Assembly (NCBI GenBank): GCA_964421125.1
Contig: CAYQVD010000004.1
Span: 930-64,929 of the forward strand
Direction of reading: 5' to 3'
DNA length: 64,000 nt
Source of the DNA: an uncultured Bdellovibrionales bacterium
GTDB lineage: Bacteria > Patescibacteriota > Minisyncoccia > Moranbacterales > DUUL01
The notes under the pieces are model-generated. The model searched no databases. It worked only from the letters and a program-made list of their open reading frames with translations, and was not told where the DNA came from. How positions within the stretch are numbered: the stretch's first letter is position 1; each line of letters starts with the position of its first letter. Made by a program: the position numbers and the translations under genes. This document shows, piece by piece, positions 9,299 through 18,949 of this stretch.

Positions 9299-9410
9299 AG
9301 AAACTATACAACTAAATACCTTTTTGTGCCCCCAGCAGAAATCCCTTATTCCCTGTCTGCCATTATTCAAATCTTAAACACAACTAAAATAAAGAAACTC
9401 CTCTAAAATG

Positions 9411-9482
9411 TGTCCTTGCCAGGAGTCGAACCTGAATCTAAAGTTTAGGAAACTCTTATTCTATCCATTGAACTACAAGGAC
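9411..9482 (-). tRNA. tRNA-Arg(CCT)
   Basis: GTCCTTGTAGTTCAATGGATAGAATAAGAGTTT-CCT-AAACTTTAGATTCAGGTTCGACTCCTGGCAAGGACA cloverleaf. Confidence 0.92.
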
Positions 9483-9488
9483 TTGTTG

Positions 9489-9561
9489 TGGAGATAAGGA
9501 GATTTGAACTCCTGCCCTTTTCCGTGCCACGGAAACGCTCTACCAACTGAGCTATATCCCC
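9489..9561 (-). tRNA. tRNA-Ala(GGC)
   Basis: GGGGATATAGCTCAGTTGGTAGAGCGTTTCCGT-GGC-ACGGAAAAGGGCAGGAGTTCAAATCTCCTTATCTCCA; G3-U70 pair. Confidence 0.93.
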
Positions 9562-9650
9562 AAATATTTATATAAAACAACAAACAAATTTCTAATTAAT
9601 CAAATCTCATTCTCCTTTGACGAAAATCAAATTACTAAAGTGTTAAAGGT

Positions 9651-10340
9651 TTAATTGAAACTAAAATTAATTAATATTTTATTTACAATATTAATATCCC
9701 AAAAAACATCAGAGGAAAAATAATCAATTCTACAAACCCCTTTGTAATCTTTCTTTTTTGATGGTTTTCCAATTGTGCGGGGATCAATTTGAACCTTGTA
9801 AAATTGTTCAAAAGAAATCTGGGTTATCTCTTGCCAAAATTTTTCTAACCCTAAGACATCTTGATTAAATCTACATTGTAATGTACACCTAAATTTTGAT
9901 TCGTCAATCTTATAACAATATCTTAAAAGTTTCAAGAATAATTTAATAATGTCTGGATTTGAATTTCCAAAAACCAATGCCCCATTCTCTCTTTTTCCTC
10001 CCTCACCTAAATATAAAACCGCTAAAGCAATTTTAGCAACATCAAAGTCTTTTATTTTAATATCTACTTGCTTATTTTTAAAGAAAAGTGAGTTTAAATA
10101 ATCCTGTTTCTTTTTTCTTTTTGAAATAATTGATTTTTTTCTAGCCTTCTTTAAATTCTTATTTACAATTAATCTTACTTTTTCCTTATAAAAAACAGGT
10201 AACACTAAGCCTTTGCACCAAGTTGACATCGTGCTTTTTGGTATCTCAATCCCAATACTTTTTTTTATTTCTGAATAAGTTAATCCTTTTTTTCTGAAAC
10301 TTATTATCTTTTCTTTAATTTCTTTTGTGTATTTTTTCAT
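9651..10340 (-). CDS. Hypothetical protein, N-terminal HTH plus LAGLIDADG-like domain
   Basis: RKKGLTYSEI...IPKSTMSTW HTH; LYLGEG...FGNSNPDIIKLFL; adjacent to tRNAs. Confidence 0.65.
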   Translation of the reverse strand: MKKYTKEIKEKIISFRKKGLTYSEIKKSIGIEIPKSTMSTWCKGLVLPVFYKEKVRLIVNKNLKKARKKSIISKRKKKQDYLNSLFFKNKQVDIKIKDFDVAKIALAVLYLGEGGKRENGALVFGNSNPDIIKLFLKLLRYCYKIDESKFRCTLQCRFNQDVLGLEKFWQEITQISFEQFYKVQIDPRTIGKPSKKKDYKGVCRIDYFSSDVFWDINIVNKILINFSFN

Positions 10341-10496
10341 ATATTTATTTGTATTTATATTAATAATCGTACCATACAGTTATTACATGTGTCAACTTTT
10401 GTTCGAACTATTTTTATCACAAGCACCTTCATTGGTCAATTTATTATGCAATGTATATTGTATTATGTCAAGACCACTAATTTCCTCTCTTTAAAT

Positions 10497-11045
10497 TGTT
10501 TCACGTGAAACATTCTGAAATATAAAAATCCTCTTATTAAGGCCTTCAAAAATTAACAAATTTTTAAATTTTCCCTTTTTGTTTCACGTGAAACAATCTG
10601 AAATGTAAAAGCCTTAATAATAGGGGTTTTATAAATTAACAAACTTTTGAAACGCATGAAAATGTTTCACGTGAAACATTCTGAAATGGAAAAGCCTTAA
10701 TAATAGGGTATTGTAAATTAATAAACTTTTAAAGTATCCCTTTTTGTTTCACGTGAAACATTTCTTAGTTTTTAATTGCTGTTTTTTAATCTAAATTGTT
10801 TCACGTGAAACATTTTATAACGTTAAACATAAATAAAGATCCTTTCTTAAATGATCCTTTTTGTTTCACGTGAAACATTCTGAAAAAACCAAATAAAACC
10901 AACTAGCTATAAAGACCATGAGATAAGCATATCCAAAAGTTATCAAATTTTAAAAGGATTATAATTGTTTCACGTGAAACATTTTAATAATAACCTACTT
11001 GACAATTTCACCTCCCTTAAATGCTATAATGTTTCACGTGAAACA
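10497..11045. repeat. parS cluster: eight perfect TGTTTCACGTGAAACA palindromes
   Basis: Copies start at 10497, 10580, 10663, 10745, 10797, 10862, 10966 and 11030; match the canonical Spo0J/ParB site; directly upstream of dnaA. Confidence 0.93.
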
Positions 11046-11221
11046 TTTTGACTATATTAATATCTCTACCCCTTGACATAATTATATATTCGTGTTTTAA
11101 ATAATTTATTAGTCCTTTTCTACGTAATTTTACAAAGTCCCCCAATATTAACAAATGTATGCATTTGCTTAAAAAATAACTCTGTAGTTTCAGCCTATGG
11201 TTGATCACCCGAAAACAAAAG

Positions 11222-11250
11222 TTATCCACACCCTCCACAGGATATCCACA
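11222..11250 (+). promoter_or_regulatory. DnaA boxes upstream of dnaA
   Basis: TTATCCACA 11222-11230, CCCTCCACA and ATATCCACA 11242-11250. Confidence 0.75.
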
Positions 11251-11351
11251 AGTTCTGAACACTTACCTTGTTGCTTAGTTGTAGATAATAATATAAGATA
11301 TATAAATCAATTACTTAGGGGGTAATTTTTTTATTGTAAATACAAAAAGTT

Positions 11352-12761
11352 ATGACCCATGACGAATTTTGGCAGGCAGTTCTTGGAGAAATAGAGCTTT
11401 CCTTGTCAAAAGCAAGTTTCACAACTTGGTTTAAAAATACTTCAGTTAATCAAATCGGCGACTCCGAGTTTGTTTTGAATGTTCCAAATATTTTTGCTAA
11501 AGAATGGTTAGAAAAAAAATATCGAAAAAATATTCTGGATTCTGTTCAAAAATTTTACCCCAAAGTAACAAAGTTTTCTTGTTTAATCTCTGATAGTCAG
11601 GATTCTTCTCGAAGCATTGACTCTATTGTAAACTTAAAAACAAATCAGTCTCAACAACAAACAAATGCTTCTTCACAGCCACAACGAAATAAACTTAACA
11701 AACCTTCTTCAAAGCCTTTTGGAGGATTTTCTGTTAATAGTAACCTTAACAATCGATATGGCTTTAATTCTTTTGTAATTGGTTCCAATAATGAACTCGC
11801 TTATGCCGCTTGTCGATCAGTCGCGGAAAATCCAGGAAAAAATTATAATCCACTTTTTGTTTATGGGGGAGTAGGACTAGGAAAAACGCATCTTCTTCAA
11901 TCAACAGGGAGTGAGATTCTTCAAAATTTTCCTAATAAAAAAGTGAAGTATATTAGCATGGAAAGATTTGCTAATGAGCTTGTTACTGCAATTCAAACAT
12001 CAAAAGCTAAGAATTTTAAAAATGAATACATTCAACTCGACGTATTAATTATTGATGATGTTCAATTTCTTTCTAATAAAGAAAAGACTCAGGAAGAGTT
12101 TTTTCATGTATTCGAATCATTATATCAACTAGAAAAACAGATAATTATCAGTTCTGATCGACCACCAAAATCAATTCCAACCCTTGAAGATAGACTTCGT
12201 TCAAGATTTGAGGGAGGGATGATGGCTGATATTAGTAAGCCTGATTTAGAAACAAGAATGGCAATTATTAAAAAGAAATTGGCAGAAAAGAATTTCAAGC
12301 TAGACGAGGATATTATTATTTATTTAGCTGAAAATATCTATCATAACGTTCGAGAACTCGAAGGAGCTCTAAATAAAATAATTGTAACCTATCAACTAAA
12401 AAATTATCCTCCATCTCTTGAAAAAATAATGGGTCAAACAGAAGATGTTATATCAACTAATCGACAAAAAGATTTAAGCCCAGATAAAATTATCTGTTCT
12501 GTTGCAGAATTTTTTGATGTTAAAAAAGAAGAAATAATAGGTCGTTGCAGAAAAAAGAAAATTATTAAACCAAGACAACTTGCAATATACCTATTAAGGA
12601 CTGAATTAAACCTTTCTTTTCCTGAAATAGGGAAGGCAGTTGGTGGTCGAGATCACTCAACTGCTATTTATGCTTGTGGAAAAATTGAAAAAGAATTGGA
12701 GGGTAATAAAATTATGGAAGATCATTTAAAATTTATTAAGGAAAAATTTGTAGATTTTTAA
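11352..12761 (+). CDS. dnaA: Chromosomal replication initiator DnaA
   Basis: YNPLFVYGGVGLGKTHLL, IDDVQF, RLRSRF, NVRELEGAL, GGRDHST. Confidence 0.98.
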   Translation: MTHDEFWQAVLGEIELSLSKASFTTWFKNTSVNQIGDSEFVLNVPNIFAKEWLEKKYRKNILDSVQKFYPKVTKFSCLISDSQDSSRSIDSIVNLKTNQSQQQTNASSQPQRNKLNKPSSKPFGGFSVNSNLNNRYGFNSFVIGSNNELAYAACRSVAENPGKNYNPLFVYGGVGLGKTHLLQSTGSEILQNFPNKKVKYISMERFANELVTAIQTSKAKNFKNEYIQLDVLIIDDVQFLSNKEKTQEEFFHVFESLYQLEKQIIISSDRPPKSIPTLEDRLRSRFEGGMMADISKPDLETRMAIIKKKLAEKNFKLDEDIIIYLAENIYHNVRELEGALNKIIVTYQLKNYPPSLEKIMGQTEDVISTNRQKDLSPDKIICSVAEFFDVKKEEIIGRCRKKKIIKPRQLAIYLLRTELNLSFPEIGKAVGGRDHSTAIYACGKIEKELEGNKIMEDHLKFIKEKFVDF

Positions 12762-12936
12762 TTTTTACGAAATACGAATTATTATTGCGATTTTAGAGAA
12801 TTATCAACAAGAGGACGTCTTAGTGGTTATACTAGAAGTTTTACTTAAATAGATGCCAGGAGGAATGGGGTTTATTTTAAATAAAATATAACTTAATTAA
12901 TAAATAACTTTAACAAATTAATTAATATAAAAATTT

Positions 12937-13521
12937 ATGAACAAAGAAACACCACAACAAGAAACTATTAAAGGTCAAAAAGAAGTCTCAATAGAAAACC
13001 AGGAAAAGATAGATTTAAAATGGAATATAGTAAATAACCCTAACTCTACTGAGGAATATCTTGAAGACATCACTGATTCTAATAAACAACTTGAACGGTA
13101 CCAAGAAAGAGGGAACGGATTTAGACATCTCAGTATTTTTAAAGAAAATATTAATCAGGGAGAAATGATAAAGGAAGTGCTTAATGAAAATGGTGATAAG
13201 GATAAGTTTAATGAGGTTGATGAAAATTTACAAAATTATAAAGAAAAACTAAAAGAGACAGTTGATATAATTGCAAAAAAATGGGAAGACGATTTAAATA
13301 TGGGGCGATTAATGATTTTAGAAGAATTATATACAACTTTAGAGGATAATAAAGAAGCACAAAAATTTAAAGAAATGTTTGAAGAAAAAAGGAGACCAAA
13401 GGATTTAGTTAAAAATGAGGATGTGGTAGATAAAAAACCAAAACTGATTGATTATTCAGCCCAAGAACAAGAGGATAAACAGCAGACAGAAGAAATAAAA
13501 AAGAAGATAGATGAATTATAA
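12937..13521 (+). CDS. Hypothetical charged helical protein
   Basis: 194-aa E/K-rich ORF between dnaA and oriC. Confidence 0.65.
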   Translation: MNKETPQQETIKGQKEVSIENQEKIDLKWNIVNNPNSTEEYLEDITDSNKQLERYQERGNGFRHLSIFKENINQGEMIKEVLNENGDKDKFNEVDENLQNYKEKLKETVDIIAKKWEDDLNMGRLMILEELYTTLEDNKEAQKFKEMFEEKRRPKDLVKNEDVVDKKPKLIDYSAQEQEDKQQTEEIKKKIDEL

Positions 13522-13544
13522 CTTATTAAATTTATAATTTAATA

Positions 13545-13790
13545 TCCTGTTAACAACCTGTGAATTAGATGTTAAGGATGTTAATTAAAATGTTAATAAG
13601 TTATCCAAAAACTACTCTACTTTACTATTAATAAGTTATCAACATTAATATTTAATACTTTTAAACTTTTTTATCCCCAAGTTTTAATGCTAATTATATT
13701 TATAAATAAAGGATTTTTATAACTTATTAACATAAAAGTTTATAGTAGTAATAATAGTATTTAATAATATATATAATTTATATAACTATA
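13545..13790. other. Replication origin oriC
   Basis: DnaA-box variants (TGTTAATAA 13591, TTATCCAAA 13601, TTATCAACA 13636, TTATCCCCA 13671, TTATTAACA 13724) followed by DnaA-trio-like TAGTAGTAATAATAG (13743-13757) and an AT-rich tract; lies just before dnaN. Confidence 0.75.
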
Positions 13791-13796
13791 CACACC

Positions 13797-14945
13797 ATGA
13801 AATTTACTTGTAAAACAAATAATTTAAAAGAAGCAGTTAGTAAAGTTGAAAGAATTGTTTCTAAACAAACAACCTTACCAATTTTAGCTAATATTTTAAT
13901 TAAAACAGAAAAAGGAAGGTTGTTAATTGGAGCAACTAATCTTGAAATAGCAATTCGTTCTTATGTGGGAGCTAAAATTGAAAAAGAAGGAGAAATAACT
14001 ATTCCAGCTAGAATATTAAGTGGTTTTTTAACTAGCATTAGAGATGATACTGTAAAATGTGAGTTAAGTGGAACAGAATTAAAGGTTAATTCTGAAAATC
14101 ATAAAATTAAAATAAAGGGGATGGAAGCAAAGGATTTTCCAATTATTCCTCAAGTGCCAAGTGAGTATTTTATTAAAATAAATTCTAATAATTTTAATAA
14201 AGCAATTCCAGGATTATTAGTTTCAGTTGCTCATAATGATACTAGACAGGAATTAAATGGGATATTAATTAAGTTTTCGTTGAAGGAAATTGTTTTTGCT
14301 TCAACAGATAGTTTTCGATTAACTGAAACTAAAATTGAATTACCAGAAGAGGCAATAGGTGAGGATTATGAGGTTTTTATAAATAATACACCGTCAATTA
14401 TTATTCCTTATTTAACTCTTTCTGAATTACAGAGAATTATTGAAGATGGTGAGTTTGAATTAATAATTAGTCAAAATCAATTATTTATTAAAAATGATTC
14501 AGTTAATTTAATTTCAAGGCTAATTAATGGAAGTTATCCAGAATATAATCAGGTTTTACCAGAAAAATATGAAATAGAAGCTAGGATTAATAAAAGCGAA
14601 TTTTTAAATGCTCTTAAAATTGCTTCGTTAGTAGCATCGGTTAATAATGGTGAAGTTAAAATTAGTAATTCTAAGAATAATAAATTTTTAAAAATATCCG
14701 CTGAGTCAGTTGATTCAGGAGAAAATATTTCTAAAATTGAGGCTGAGATAAGTGGTCCAGAATTTGAAGTTATATTTAATTGTCGTTATTTATTAGAAGG
14801 ATTGAATATAGTTGAATCAGATGTTGATAATATTTTATTGAAGTTAAATCCTAGTAAATCACCAGTTATGATTAGAGGATTGAAATCTGAAAAAGAGGAA
14901 GATGAAAAATTTTCTTATGTGATTATGCCTATAATTAAAGGATAA
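13797..14945 (+). CDS. dnaN: DNA polymerase III beta sliding clamp
   Basis: TLPILANIL, ATNLE, ASTDSFRL, SRLING.YP.Y, FN.RYL, YVIMPI. Confidence 0.97.
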   Translation: MKFTCKTNNLKEAVSKVERIVSKQTTLPILANILIKTEKGRLLIGATNLEIAIRSYVGAKIEKEGEITIPARILSGFLTSIRDDTVKCELSGTELKVNSENHKIKIKGMEAKDFPIIPQVPSEYFIKINSNNFNKAIPGLLVSVAHNDTRQELNGILIKFSLKEIVFASTDSFRLTETKIELPEEAIGEDYEVFINNTPSIIIPYLTLSELQRIIEDGEFELIISQNQLFIKNDSVNLISRLINGSYPEYNQVLPEKYEIEARINKSEFLNALKIASLVASVNNGEVKISNSKNNKFLKISAESVDSGENISKIEAEISGPEFEVIFNCRYLLEGLNIVESDVDNILLKLNPSKSPVMIRGLKSEKEEDEKFSYVIMPIIKG

Positions 14946-14951
14946 TTTATA

Positions 14952-15257
14952 ATGTGGCAAACATTTCAAGGGGCATTAGAGCGAAAAGTTAAATTAACAG
15001 GGAGGGGTATTGGGAAAAAGAAACAGAGAATTGATAAATATGTTATTGAAAAGGCTTTTCGAGAAGTTTTATTAGAGCAATTTGGTGAAATTGGTTTAAG
15101 TTCTGTTAATTTAGAGATTAAAGATCAAAATAATGTGAGAGCGAAGTGCAGAAGTTCTGTTTGGAAAAGCGAATTGAGAATGAAAAAAATGAGTTTAATG
15201 AAAATGATTAATGATAAAATAGGAGATAAAATTATTAAGAATATTATTATTGCCTAA
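14952..15257 (+). CDS. dciA: DciA (DUF721) helicase loader-like protein
   Basis: C.SSVWKSELRM.K..L...IN......I..I motif; located after dnaN. Confidence 0.7.
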   Translation: MWQTFQGALERKVKLTGRGIGKKKQRIDKYVIEKAFREVLLEQFGEIGLSSVNLEIKDQNNVRAKCRSSVWKSELRMKKMSLMKMINDKIGDKIIKNIIIA

Positions 15258-15261
15258 AGTA

Positions 15262-16887
15262 ATGTTAGATAAAGTTAAGAAAACGATAAGTTTTTTAGAG
15301 AATAGTCTTAAGGGGGGATTAACACTTTGGATAGTCTCCTTTTTTAGTGTTATTATTGCAAGACTTATTATTGAAGGATTCCTTTTTGGATTTAAAAATC
15401 AAACTTTTGAAGAGTTTGTAATTTGTTTTTTGCATACTTTTTTGTTTTTTCTTTTAACTTATTTAGTTTTTTTAATTTATATTCATTTTACAATAGGGAA
15501 TGATTTTAAAAAAACTGCTAGTATTTTATTGTGGGGTTTTTGGATAATAATATTTCCTCCTATAATTGATAAAATATATTTTAAAGATAGAATGTTTTTC
15601 GATTTTTATCTTTTTGATGGAGTTAGGGGTCTTTTTGAAAAATTTATTTCATTTTTTGGTGATAATATATCAATAGGGATAACTCTTGGACCTCGAATCC
15701 AAGTAGTTTTAGTGCTTATTCTTCTAGGTTTTTATTTTTTTTACTATAAAAGAAGTTGGTTTAAAACGGTATTTTTTGTTTTTGGAGCTTATTGTCTATT
15801 TTTCATTTTAGCTTCTATTCCGAGTATTATTGTTTTAATTGGAACGATTTTTGGAGAAAAAAACGTTTTAGAAATCACTTATAATGAGGTTTCCGCAATG
15901 TTTTTATCTCCATTGAGATATTTTTCTCATGAAGGGGTTTCTTTTATTTCCTTCATGGGATATAAACTTTCATTTTTTTATATAATATTATTGTTTATTA
16001 TTATTAGTTTAATGCAGTATTTTATTAATAAGGAAAAATTTTTAGCAATTTTAAAAAATATTCGGTATCCTCAAATGATTTTTAACTTCGGATTATTTTT
16101 TATTGGAATGAGCTTGGGCGCTTTTTATTTTCCAGAGTATTTTAAATTGGGATTTTTCCCAATTTTAGCTGTTTTAAATTTATTAATAGCAATTTTATTT
16201 ATTTGGCTTTTCTCAGTAGTAGTAAATGATATTTTTGATTTAAATATTGATAAGATGACAAATCAGAAACGTCCCTTAGTTAAAGGAGTTTTTAGTGAAA
16301 AAGAATATTGGGAATTGGGATTTATTTTTCTTTTAATTGCATTTATTTCTTCGTTATTAATTGGATCTAAATTTTTTATTATCATAATTGTGTATACTAT
16401 TTTAACTTGGGTTTATTCATCTCCACCTTTTCGGTTAAAGAAATTTTTTCCAATTTCTCTTATTATTGCTTCTTTCTCTTCGTTACTTTTTTTAATAATG
16501 GGATATATTTTAATTTCTAAAGAACAATCACTAGTTGAATTTCCTTGGAGAATATTTTGGTTTTTATTTATCGCTTATTGTTTAATTATTCCAATTAAAG
16601 ATCTTAAGGATATTGAAAGTGATCGAAGATTTGGGATTAAAACATTACCAGTCTTATTTGGTGAAAAAAATACAAGATTTATTTTGGCAGTATTGGTATT
16701 TTTTTGTTATACATTTTCTATTTATGTGATTAGTGAAAAAGAGTTATTAATACCAGCAGTATTATTTGGAGGAATTAGTTTTTGGAAAATAGTTAATAAA
16801 AAAATACCTACCTCTTGTTTAAATTGGTGGCTTTTAGGCTTGGTTTCTGTGTATGGATTATTCATTATAAGTTTCATGTTTTTATAA
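15262..16887 (+). CDS. UbiA-family prenyltransferase with extra N-terminal membrane domain
   Basis: NDIFDLNID...RPL, YSSPPFRLK, KDLKDIESD...GIKTLP motifs. Confidence 0.85.
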   Translation: MLDKVKKTISFLENSLKGGLTLWIVSFFSVIIARLIIEGFLFGFKNQTFEEFVICFLHTFLFFLLTYLVFLIYIHFTIGNDFKKTASILLWGFWIIIFPPIIDKIYFKDRMFFDFYLFDGVRGLFEKFISFFGDNISIGITLGPRIQVVLVLILLGFYFFYYKRSWFKTVFFVFGAYCLFFILASIPSIIVLIGTIFGEKNVLEITYNEVSAMFLSPLRYFSHEGVSFISFMGYKLSFFYIILLFIIISLMQYFINKEKFLAILKNIRYPQMIFNFGLFFIGMSLGAFYFPEYFKLGFFPILAVLNLLIAILFIWLFSVVVNDIFDLNIDKMTNQKRPLVKGVFSEKEYWELGFIFLLIAFISSLLIGSKFFIIIIVYTILTWVYSSPPFRLKKFFPISLIIASFSSLLFLIMGYILISKEQSLVEFPWRIFWFLFIAYCLIIPIKDLKDIESDRRFGIKTLPVLFGEKNTRFILAVLVFFCYTFSIYVISEKELLIPAVLFGGISFWKIVNKKIPTSCLNWWLLGLVSVYGLFIISFMFL

Positions 16888-16902
16888 ATAATTTTAAAAT
16901 AA

Positions 16903-17742
16903 ATGAATATAAAAAAAATTATTGAATATTATAATCAATGTGAAATTGATTATTCTTTATTCTGGGGACTTAAAAAAAATCTTTCAATGCACATGGGGTA
17001 TTGGGATGATACTACTAAAAATTTATCTCAAGCATTGTTACGTGAAAATCAAATATTAGCAGAGATAGCAGAAATTAAAAAAAGTGATCTTGTTTTAGAT
17101 GCTGGTTGTGGGGTTGGTGGTGGAGTGATTTATCTTGCTGAAAAAGTTGGTTGTAATGTTGTAGGTATTTCAATAGTTGATAAACAAATAGAAAAAGCTC
17201 GATTAAATGCAATAAAAATTGGTGTTTTCGATAAAACAAATTTCAAAACTGTAGATTTTGTAAAGACTGGTCTTCCGGATAATTCATTTGATGTAGTTTG
17301 GGCAATTGAAAGTGTTTGTTACGCAAATGATAAAAAGGACTTTATTCAAGAGGCGTATAGAGTTTTAAAAAAGGGAGGAAGACTTGTAGTTGCCGATGCA
17401 TTTGCCCTTGACAATTTAACTGAAAAACAAAAAAAATATCTTTCGGAAACAGCAAGGGGATGGATGCTTGATGATTTTTGTAATAAAAATTATTTTCAAA
17501 AATCCTTACAGAAAATTGGATTTAGTAATATTTTATTTAAGGATATAACGAAAAATATCATGCCTTCTTCAAGAAGATTGTATATACTCTCTTTTCCTGG
17601 TATTATTTTTGGTAAAATATTAAATAAAATAAAATTTAGGAGTAAGATACAGATGGGGAACATTTGGGCTGCTCACTATCAATACAAGGCTCTTAAGGAA
17701 GGAAGTGGACAATATGGTATTTTTTATGCAATTAAAAAATAA
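16903..17742 (+). CDS. Class I SAM-dependent methyltransferase (tocopherol/sterol MT-like)
   Basis: MHMGYW, VLDAGCGVGG, FDVVWAIES, RVLKKGG. Confidence 0.88.
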   Translation: MNIKKIIEYYNQCEIDYSLFWGLKKNLSMHMGYWDDTTKNLSQALLRENQILAEIAEIKKSDLVLDAGCGVGGGVIYLAEKVGCNVVGISIVDKQIEKARLNAIKIGVFDKTNFKTVDFVKTGLPDNSFDVVWAIESVCYANDKKDFIQEAYRVLKKGGRLVVADAFALDNLTEKQKKYLSETARGWMLDDFCNKNYFQKSLQKIGFSNILFKDITKNIMPSSRRLYILSFPGIIFGKILNKIKFRSKIQMGNIWAAHYQYKALKEGSGQYGIFYAIKK

Positions 17743-17865
17743 TAAAAAAAGAATATAAGATTAGAATGTTGGAAGATGTTTATTTATAAAAAAAGAATAT
17801 TTTTTGTTTGCTAATATTACAAAAGTAATTTATAATATGAAAAGACTTGTATTATAGAAATATAA

Positions 17866-18906
17866 ATGGAAAAGAAAAATAAAAAACAAGAACGACAATT
17901 ATTATTTAATAAGATTGCAATCTTTTTTGCGATTATGTTTTTGGCTTGGTTTAATTTGTCAAGGGCGGATATTAATGGTCTTAATGTTTTTCAAGATAAG
18001 GATCAAGATGGTATTTCTGATAAAGAAGAATATTCTTATGGAACAGATCCAGAGAAAAAAGATACTGATGGAGATGGTTATTCTGATAAGGTTGAAATTG
18101 AAAGTGGATATGATCCACTAAAACCTGCTCCAGGAGATAAGTTAATTGCGGATAAAGAGACCCAGGTCTTAGGAGATAACGATGTTAATCTTACAGAAGA
18201 GTTTTTTGAAGAAATTAAAAACGAAGAATTTGGTGAGGCGGCGATTTTAAATGAATTAATAACCACAGGAGATGTTACTGAAGAAGAATTAAGTGAATTA
18301 TATTCTGAAAGTGGAGGAGAAGGTGATTTAAGTGAGATTATTAATGGATTAGCTGATGAAAATTTAACCAAAGAAATAGAAGTTGAAATTTCCGAGGATG
18401 ATATAAAGATTCTGTCTAAGCCAGAAGGAGAAGAAGATGAGGTGAGACAAGTCGAAAAAGAGCAAATAGAAGGATACATGAGTTCAATTTTATATATTTT
18501 AGCAGTAAATCGTCCTTTTGAATTAGATGATATTAGTGATTTACCTAGTAAGATATCAGATTATATTTTTCAAATTGAAGGTGATATTGAAGGAGGAAAT
18601 TTAAAGGAGATACAAGAATATAAAAACACAATAAAAGAAACATTTGAACAAATCAAAAAACTTGAAGCCCCATATGTTTTAGTGGAACAGCATTTATCCA
18701 TTTTAAATATTTATCAAATTTTTTACAATGAAATTGATGAAATGAAACTATTAAGTGATGATGACCCTCTTACGCTTTTAGTTTATGCTGGAAAAATAGA
18801 AGGACTTTTTTTTGAACTTGAGCTTGTTCAACAAGAAATACAAGAAGTTTTAGATGAATATGAAATAGACTCCTTTGATTTATCATCAGTGGCTGATAAT
18901 TTTTAA
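17866..18906 (+). CDS. Exported acidic protein with Ca-binding DxDxDG (TSP3-like) repeats
   Basis: N-terminal TM segment; DKDQDGISD.EE...GTDP..KDTDGDGYSD..E...GYDP. Confidence 0.75.
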   Translation: MEKKNKKQERQLLFNKIAIFFAIMFLAWFNLSRADINGLNVFQDKDQDGISDKEEYSYGTDPEKKDTDGDGYSDKVEIESGYDPLKPAPGDKLIADKETQVLGDNDVNLTEEFFEEIKNEEFGEAAILNELITTGDVTEEELSELYSESGGEGDLSEIINGLADENLTKEIEVEISEDDIKILSKPEGEEDEVRQVEKEQIEGYMSSILYILAVNRPFELDDISDLPSKISDYIFQIEGDIEGGNLKEIQEYKNTIKETFEQIKKLEAPYVLVEQHLSILNIYQIFYNEIDEMKLLSDDDPLTLLVYAGKIEGLFFELELVQQEIQEVLDEYEIDSFDLSSVADNF

Positions 18907-18949
18907 GGATTTTTGGTAAATAAATTTATTAAAAGATTTATCTTAAGGA

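Noticed and set aside
10497-11045. CRISPR array
   Set aside because: The repeat is only 16 bp and equals the canonical parS; spacers are irregular (36-88 bp) and similar to each other; no cas genes in the window.
11017-11262. 81-aa minus-strand ORF
   Set aside because: It spans parS and DnaA boxes (MFHVKH is the translated parS); non-coding regulatory DNA.
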